NCBI GenBank assembly: GCA_965112735.1
Contig: OZ218961.1
Location: 992,001 to 1,056,000, forward strand
Direction of reading: 5' to 3'
Length of the DNA: 64,000 nt
Source of the DNA: Phaeosaccion multiseriatum
Taxonomy: Eukaryota > Protista > Ochrophyta, other classes
In this document: one piece after another, positions 56,581 to 64,000 of the stretch
Numbering within the stretch: the stretch's first letter is position 1
How the letters are laid out: every line of letters starts with the position of its first letter
Made by a program: the position numbers and the translations under genes
Notes under the pieces: generated by a model
What the model was told of the DNA's origin: nothing
The model's database searches: none
The model's input: the letters and a program-made list of their open reading frames with translations, nothing else

Positions 56581-56733
56581 CTGTACTTGGAAGTTGAAGT
56601 TTCCGTAGAACTTCTCAGCAACGTAAACGCCTTTTATTTATTGTACTTACCATGGCTGCTCTTGACAAAAGCAAGTTGAGAGTCAAAACGTGTCCTTTTT
56701 TCTCCTCTTCTCTTTCCTCAGGCACTTCTTTAC

Positions 56734-57694
56734 CTAAAGAATTCTTGTCTGTCCCTTTGTACGCCCTCCTCGCCTCCTCGCATACACACTCTCTATCGCC
56801 TCTGCAAGGCGATCCACGTCCCCCGGGGTCGTATACACATGGGATGAGACACGCACATAAAGCCCGTCTGCGGAGAGGGGGGCAAATACACAGGCGCGTG
56901 CAGCGTGCAGGGGTACAAAGAGAGAAGGGGGTGTAGGGGTTGGGGAGGGAGGGACGGAGGGAGGGAGGGAGGGAGGGAGGGAGGGAGGGAGGGAGGGAGG
57001 GAGGGAGGGAGGGAGGGAGGGAGAGAGGGAGGGAGGGAGGGAGGGAGGGAGGGAGGGAGGGAGGGAGGGAGGGAGAGAGGGAGGGAAGGAGGGAGGGAGG
57101 GAGGGAGGGAGGGAGGGACGGAGGGAGGGAGGGAAGGTTAGTACTGTAAGCATACAAAATGGTATGTGACAGGCACTTTGGACCCGCCGCGCAAGTGGGC
57201 GGGGGGCATTGGTTGTACCCATCAATAACAACAGCAACGACAGCAACGATAACCACAACAACAACGCCAGCAAGAGCAACAGCAACGACAGCAACGATAA
57301 TAACTAAAACAACGACAACAGCAACAGCAACGACAACAACAAAAACAACAACAGCAATGACAACCACAGTCACAACCACCACAACAACCACAACCTCAAC
57401 AACAACAACAACAACAACTACAGTACTGCTTCTGCTCTATTACTACTATACCTAACTTTAAAACTAAAGCGGTTCTTGGAATGATCTCTTTCTTCACTGT
57501 ACATACCTCCCACGGCCTTGATGGGCGCTTCGACTTGGAAACCGAAGTGCAGAGCATCTTGAAGCTCCTTGGCCACGGTAGACAGAGAGAGGGGCAGGGG
57601 CGAAGACGATGATGCCACAGAAGCAGCCCCGCCACCGCCACCGCCACCACCACCATTTGCTGCCATCCCACCACCACCACCACCACCACCAACT

Positions 57695-57728
<34 letters not shown>

Positions 57729-58131
57729 CAGCTTCGAGTCCAAGTGTGCACGCATCACCATCGTCAATGTCATCATCATCATGCAGGTCATCATCATCAT
57801 CGTCAATGTCATCATCATCATGCAGGTCATCATCATCATGGTCGTTCCCGAGGAGCCGTGGAAGAGGCACGAGCGCCATTGCGTCGTGCATGCCCAGGGG
57901 AGCGATGGGAGGATACGTGCCCCCCGGGAGCGCCCTCCAGCGCCTCTGTAGCACTCCGAAGGCGTCCGCTGTCCTCTCCTATAACAATCAACACACGAAC
58001 AAACAGAAAAGCAAAGCAAAGCAAAGCAAAGGAGGAAGTCGAAGGTCGAAGAGAGGAGGGAGGAAGTGTCAGAGGCGGGCCATAAGTGCAGCAGCAGCAG
58101 TAGCAGCAACAGCAGCAGACACCCACACACG

Positions 58132-58178
<47 letters not shown>

Positions 58179-59231
58179 CTACGCACCCACCCCCTTACCC
58201 ACCTTCATTTGAAGGTATACGCTTCTTGAGCATGCTTTCCCCCCCCAAATGGCGAGCACTGTGGGTATGACCAACGCGGCACCGTAGTCTCTGGCCCCGT
58301 CCCAGAGGAAGGAGCTTGCAAAGCCTTCGCCGAAACCGTGCGAGATGACGCAGGGCTCCATGGATGCCTAGTGTCAGGACGGAGGGTGGGTGTCAGGACA
58401 TAAGGGTGGGGGGGGGGGGGAGGTGATGGGAGGACAGAGGGTGAGTGTCAGGACACAGGGATGGTCAAACAAACTGAAACTGCCATCTACAAACTGAAAC
58501 TGCCATCTACAAACTGACACTCAAACGGACCTGCTTGTCAGGGCATACATGGAGCATGGCCGCTCCTTTGGGGCAGCAGAGCCATTTGTGACAATTGCTT
58601 ACGTAATAGTCCGCTCTAGGGGAAGGAGAAGGAGGAGGGAGGAGGGAGGAGGGAGGAGGGGGACAGGGAGGGGAAGGGGAAGGGGAGGAGGGGGCTCAAT
58701 GGGCGGCAAATGGCCCGTCAAGACGTCAAGATGGCACTTCACGGCACGTCCATCTTGTCCAGCGAAGCTGTGTGAAGATGTAACTTCCCTCCTTCCTCCC
58801 TTCCTCCCTCGCCCTTCCTCCTCCCTCTCTCCCTCCCCTCCTCCCTCCAACCTTCCCTCTCTTCCTCTCTCCAACCCTCCCTCCCCTCCTTCCCTCCCTC
58901 CCTCCCTCCCTCCCCTCCTTCCCTCCCTCCCTCCCTCCCTCCCTCCCTCCCTCCCTCCCTCCCTCCCTCCTCTCTTACCCAATACTGCTAACGTCGAGAT
59001 CGAGCGAGCCCAAAGCATGGGCCCCATCCACAAGGACAGAGACGTTGTGAACCTTGCATAGGGCACAGAGCTAATGACGAGGAAGAGAGAGAGGGGGGAG
59101 AGGACAGGAAGGAGGGAGGGAGGGAGGGAGAGGGAGAGGGGGAACGATAGGGAGGGAGGGAGAGAGGGGGGGGGGGGGATGAGAGAGAGAGAGGGAGATG
59201 AATGGAGAGAAGCACACACTCGGATACACAT

Positions 59232-59278
<47 letters not shown>

Positions 59279-62200
59279 CATGCCCACACACATGCACACA
59301 CACATGTACATGCCCACACACATGCACACACACATGTACATGCCCACACATACACACACACACATGTACATGCCCACACATACACACACACACATGTACA
59401 TGCCCACACACATGCACACATGCGCACACACACATGCACACGCACACGCACACACACACACATGCGCACACGCGCACACACATGCACACACGCACACACA
59501 CACGCAAATACACATACACAAACGCAAATACACACACGCGCAAACACACACACATACGCAAATACACAAACACGCACGCGCACACACACTGTCGAAAATC
59601 GTTATCGAATGTCACTGTCGAAAATCGTTATCGATTATGTCACTGTCGAAAATCGATATCGATTATGTCCGTCCCACACACCTCCTTGACAGGGAGTGTG
59701 AGAGCGGTGTTGCTGGTCACGTGATCGAACACAGCGAAGCGCACACGGCCCTCGGCCTCCAGCAGGGCCGCTTCGACCTTTGGAGGGAGGGGGGGAGGGG
59801 AGAGGGTGAGAGAGAGAGGGTGGGAGAGAGAAAGAGGGGGGAGAGAGGGAGAGGAAGTGAGGGAGAGTGTGTGTGAAAGATGGAGGGAGGGAGGGAGGGA
59901 GGGAGGGAGGGAGGGAGAGAGGGAGGGAGAGAGTAGAGGGCGAGAGTGAAAGAGATAGAGAGACAGAGAGGCAGAGTGAGAGAGAGAGCTGCCTGCTTTG
60001 CTTGCTTGCTTTGCTTGCTTCCCTCTCATCTCACCTCGGCCAAGACCGCCTCCGGAGAGGGCACGGGAAGTGTCACCTCCACCTCTCGCCACACTGCTCC
60101 CTGGACAGACGCAGCACAAGCATTGAGCACAAGCATTTGGAGGCGCATGGGTAGGTAGGTAGGCAGGTAGGTAGGTAGGTAGGTAGGTAGGAAGCAGGGA
60201 GGTGCATAAGTAGGAAGGTAGTTGTGTAGGTCGGTAGGTAGGTAGGTAGGAGGTAGGAAGGAGGCAGGCAGGTAGGTAGGCAGGCAGGTAGGTAGATAGG
60301 TAGGCAGGTAGGTAGGTAGGTAGGTAGGTAGGCAGGAAGGTGGTAGGTAGGTAGATAGGCAGGTAGGTGTGTAGGCAGGTAGGTGTGTAGGCAGGTAGGT
60401 GTGTAGGCAGGTAGGTAGGTAGGTAGGTAGGTAGGTAGGAAGGTAGGTGTGTAGGTAGGGAGGGAGGGAGGGAAGTGTACGCATGTGGTCAGTTAAGGGG
60501 AAAAGAGGAGAGTTTTGGGGAGGGAGAAAGGAAGGAAGGAAGGAAGGAAGGAAGGAAGGGAGGGGGGGAGGGAGGGAGGGAGGGGAGAGAGAGAGGGAGG
60601 GATTGATTTCGTAAGCGTCGTGAACAGAGCCGGACAAGACAGCCTGCCTGCCCATATGTCTTCGTCTATCCCCCCCCCCCTCTCTGTGTGTGTGTGTGTG
60701 TGTGTTACTTCTCGCCTCCTTGCAGACGCCCTGTCCACCCCATCCGCTGCAATCCCTCCCTCTATTTCTCTCTCTCTCACCGTCCACTGCCATCCCTCGC
60801 CATTCCCGGCCTTCCTTTCCCCCTTACCCACTTACCACATCCATCCACTGCCATCCTTACCATCCACTGCAATCCCCCCCTACTCACCACTCGGCGGCTC
60901 TCTTGCCTTAGCATCTTCTTGACAGAGCCGTACCCGAGGCTCAGGGAAAGCACTTCATCACCGGGCTGGAAGGTGTTCAGAGCACTGAGGGAAGGGGGGA
61001 TAGAGTGGGATGGCAGTGGATTGATGGACCAATCAAAGCGCAGATGAGAGAGTATGTGTGTGTGAGAGAGGCGAATATATACATGTGTGTGTGTGTTACA
61101 TACGTAAATACATATATATTCAGGATAGCCACATACACACAATTACGTATGCATAGGTGACTCCTCTAAGTCAGTGAACATGTGTGCATATATCTCCTTC
61201 ACCTGCGAATGACGGCATTGAGGGCTGAGGATGCGTTAACGAGCAGGGCGAGGTTCTGGGGCTCCGCGCCGATGTGTTCGGCAAGCTGACGGGTGGAGTG
61301 CGCGAGGAGGGGTAGCAGCTCTCTGTCCATAAAGCGCAAGGGTTGCCTCTGGGAGGGAGGGAGGGAGGGAGGGAGAGATTCATTGACGGTGAGAAAGAAA
61401 AGGTGGGGACACTGACGCTGCTGCCCAAAGGCACTGGCATAGCTCTCCCCTTCCATACCACCGCCGCCAGGGCAACAGCACCACCACCACCACTGCCGCC
61501 GCCACCACCGCCGTCACTACCACCACCACTACTATCACTGCTATCACCACCACCACCGCTGCCGCCTTCGGCTCCTCCTAAACCACGCGAATCAGATCCA
61601 ACAGCTTGACCCCGTCGTACGTATGTGTACGTGTGACCTGTGGCATTACAGTCTGATGTCTGAACGTATGTATGGCCCTACCCTACGATCCATACTACAA
61701 CCCATCGTGTAACCCGTGACCCTTGGTGTTACCCACCTCAAGATGCATCCTCCAGGCGTTGGCCTCCACTACGGCAACCTTGAAGGCCGCTGAGCGGTAT
61801 GAAGAGTAACAATAACACATCAAGAACAAAGGAACAAAAGAAACAAAAAGGTAAAGAAGGTGAAGACAACACAAGCAAGGACAATGAGCAACGAACAATG
61901 GGCAGCAGTATGCGTTGCCTAATTCCGCATGAGATCAACCCTCCCTTCCTCCCTCCCTTCCTTCCTCTCTCCCTCCCTCCCTTCCTTCTTTACTCTCTCC
62001 CTCCCTCCGTTCGTCCATCCCTCCCTTCCTTCTTTACTCTCTCCCTCCCTCCGGTCGTCCATCCATCCCCCCCACCTCTCTTGCGTCTTGATGCTTTCAA
62101 ACACTGTCTTCCTGATAGTGAGAACATGAGTGCGTGCGTGTGTGCATGTGTGCCTCACCTCCAAAGGCTCCGTGGTTGAGAAAGGACCAGGAAGGATCCA

Positions 62201-62754
62201 AAAGGAAAAGGTTTTTGGCAGCCGCAGAGCCGAAGGCGGGAAAGGGGGAGGGGGCAGTGTGTTCACTGTTACCGTCCCTGTTTTCTCTTCTGCTGACTTT
62301 CACGATGTCTGAAGGTAGAGGAGGTGGTGTGTACCTGTTGTGAGTGAAGGGAAGAGGGTGGATGGGTAGGTGGTGAGTGAGTTGGGGTTGGGGGGGAGAG
62401 GGAGGGAGGGAGGGAGGGAGGGAGGGAGTGTGGGAGGGAAACAGACAGGTCATGGGGCTCCTTCCCACAGAACAAAGGCGGACTCTCCCATACTCACCTC
62501 TCCTTGGGAAGTCTCAGCAGCTCCTCGACATTGTCCGAATGGAACGACCCGAAGCCTCGGTATCCTCGGTGTCGCTCCTCCTCCTCGTCCTCCTCGTCCT
62601 CCTCCTCGCCCCTTTCTCTCGTTGAGGCCCTTACTACTGGCGGGCCGTCTGTGATGGTGCTACCAGAGCGAGTGCAGAGACGAAAAACTTGACTGCATCG
62701 CGCCGCAGCGGTAGCGTGGCGTCTAAGATTACAGTGAAGATACGCGAAGCTCAT
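56734..62754 (-). CDS. PLP-dependent aminotransferase class V lyase (EGT2 / L-cysteine desulfhydrase / isopenicillin N epimerase-like), ~12 exons
   Basis: [81 protein letters not shown] (PLP lysine), [21 protein letters not shown]. The start at 62754 is inferred. Confidence 0.9.
60150..60460. repeat. (GGTA/GGCA)n microsatellite, intronic
   Basis: Tandem aggt runs. Confidence 0.9.
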
Positions 62755-63250
62755 CGGGAGGAGGGCGGGATTTCCCCCCAACCCTCCTCTCTTCTCTGCC
62801 TTCTTGGCTTCGCTACAGCTGTATGTGTGGACCTACATCGACGCAGCCACATTTCTTTGCTCTTTCCATATGTACACGGAGAGATTTATGTGATCTTTAT
62901 GTTCTCTCTCTCTCGATCATTAACTTACGAGTCTAAGCTGATCGATCTTTGGCGACGGTTGACGGCCCGTTGGTCATCCCGGGCAGCCCCGCCTTCTTCT
63001 TCTTGCTATATATATGTTCTTCGACAGGAATAGAAAAGCAGTTAGATGAGTGCCGGAAGAAGCAAGAGCGCGACGGCGACCACTTCCGGCTAGAGCATAT
63101 GTGCCGCTTGCTGACGAACAAAGAACACAGCAAGCTCACACTGTTGAGGTGACCGTTTGAGGCAAGGAAATCGACACCCTCCCTTCGTCTCTTCTCTCCT
63201 CCTTGAACAAGGCAGGAAGGAAAGAAGACAGTTCACGAACGAGAGGGGCC

Positions 63251-63796
63251 ATGGCTGGGAACTCCTCCTCGGCCCGGAGGCCGCTCCATCCGGACCTATC
63301 GCCGTCGATCTCTCTTACCATGGAGCTGGAGGAGGAGAGGCAGCAACTGGCGGCGGCGAGAAAGGTGCTGGAACAGCGTTATCTCTTCCGGCACGCCACG
63401 ATTACCGAGTTTGGGAAGGTTCACGCGACGAGCCTGAAGAACGTCAAGGTCAAGTTCTTCAAGCAGTGCAAGGTGGCCAAACAAAGGAACGAGGAGGTGC
63501 TGAAGCTCATTCGAAAGGTTGGTTAGGTTGTTGTTGGTTGGTTGGTTGGTTGGTTGTTGATTACCTAGTCCGCCTTGTGTCTACTCGCCTGAACTCGGTC
63601 GCCTGTAAGGCTATATAAGGTCGCTAAAAGCGGCTCGCTCCCGAAGTAATCTGTGTGCTGTCAACCGCCCTGCCTCTCCCTAATCCTCCCTCCTTCAGTC
63701 GACCCATCTCCTCTTCAGTGTCATCACCCGCTGCTACTCTCTCTCCCTAACCTCCCCTCCTGCCCTCCCCGTCCCCTTTACAATCTCTTCACCCGC

Positions 63797-63834
<38 letters not shown>

Positions 63835-63974
63835 CCTCCCTGCCCCCTTCACAGACCAACGAAGACTTCAAGGCCAAAGAGGATGCAGTGGCCTCGATGC
63901 GGCAACTCAGACAGCAACAGGAGCGCTTTCTCACACAGGTGGAAACTGTCAGGCCGTCGTGGCAAGAAGAGCAG
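63251..63974 (+). CDS. Coiled-coil protein, 5' part only (weak resemblance to the Kizuna N-terminus)
   Basis: Exons 63251-63517 and 63855-63974 join in frame (AKQRNEEVLKLIRK|TNEDFKAKE). There may be an upstream exon at ~63028-63149. The gene continues past the window end. Confidence 0.6.
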
Positions 63975-64000
63975 GTACGTACGTACACGTATGTGTGTAC

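Noticed and set aside
59589-59670. Three copies of cactgtcgaaaatcgttatcga resembling an operator array
   Set aside because: A short local tandem duplication in an intron, not seen elsewhere in the window.

Overview
Eukaryotic, gene-dense nuclear DNA with many GT-AG introns. Introns are packed with microsatellites and exons carry trinucleotide-derived homopolymer runs. A stramenopile-type alga is my inference and is not proven. Genes in order: a 3'-truncated GH38 alpha-mannosidase (MAN2C1-like, -), a frameshifted intronless FNIP-repeat gene (-), an ARM/HEAT-like hypothetical gene (+), a PDH E2-family gene with E3-binding-protein (PDHX)-like loss of the catalytic His (+), a 17 kb SHPRH-like SNF2/PHD/RING gene (-), an intact intronless FNIP paralogue (-), a long WD40-like gene (-), a MASE1-HisKA-HATPase-REC hybrid histidine kinase (+), a decayed ankyrin-like pseudogene (-), a divergent kinesin (+), a class V PLP lyase (EGT2/LCD/CefD-like, -) and a 3'-truncated coiled-coil gene (+). 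Two MITE-like elements have near-perfect terminal inverted repeats (5567-6036 and 51806-52081). The most unusual signal is a ~14 bp DNA motif, GTA(T/C)CACCAACTG, with about 20 or more copies on both strands. It occurs in several reading frames and in introns, and it forms an inverted repeat at the two ends of one intron (Introner-like). Many introns also have a purine-rich 5' arm and a complementary pyrimidine-rich 3' arm. Exon boundaries were read by eye and are approximate where stated. Most ORFs in the supplied track are repeat artefacts.
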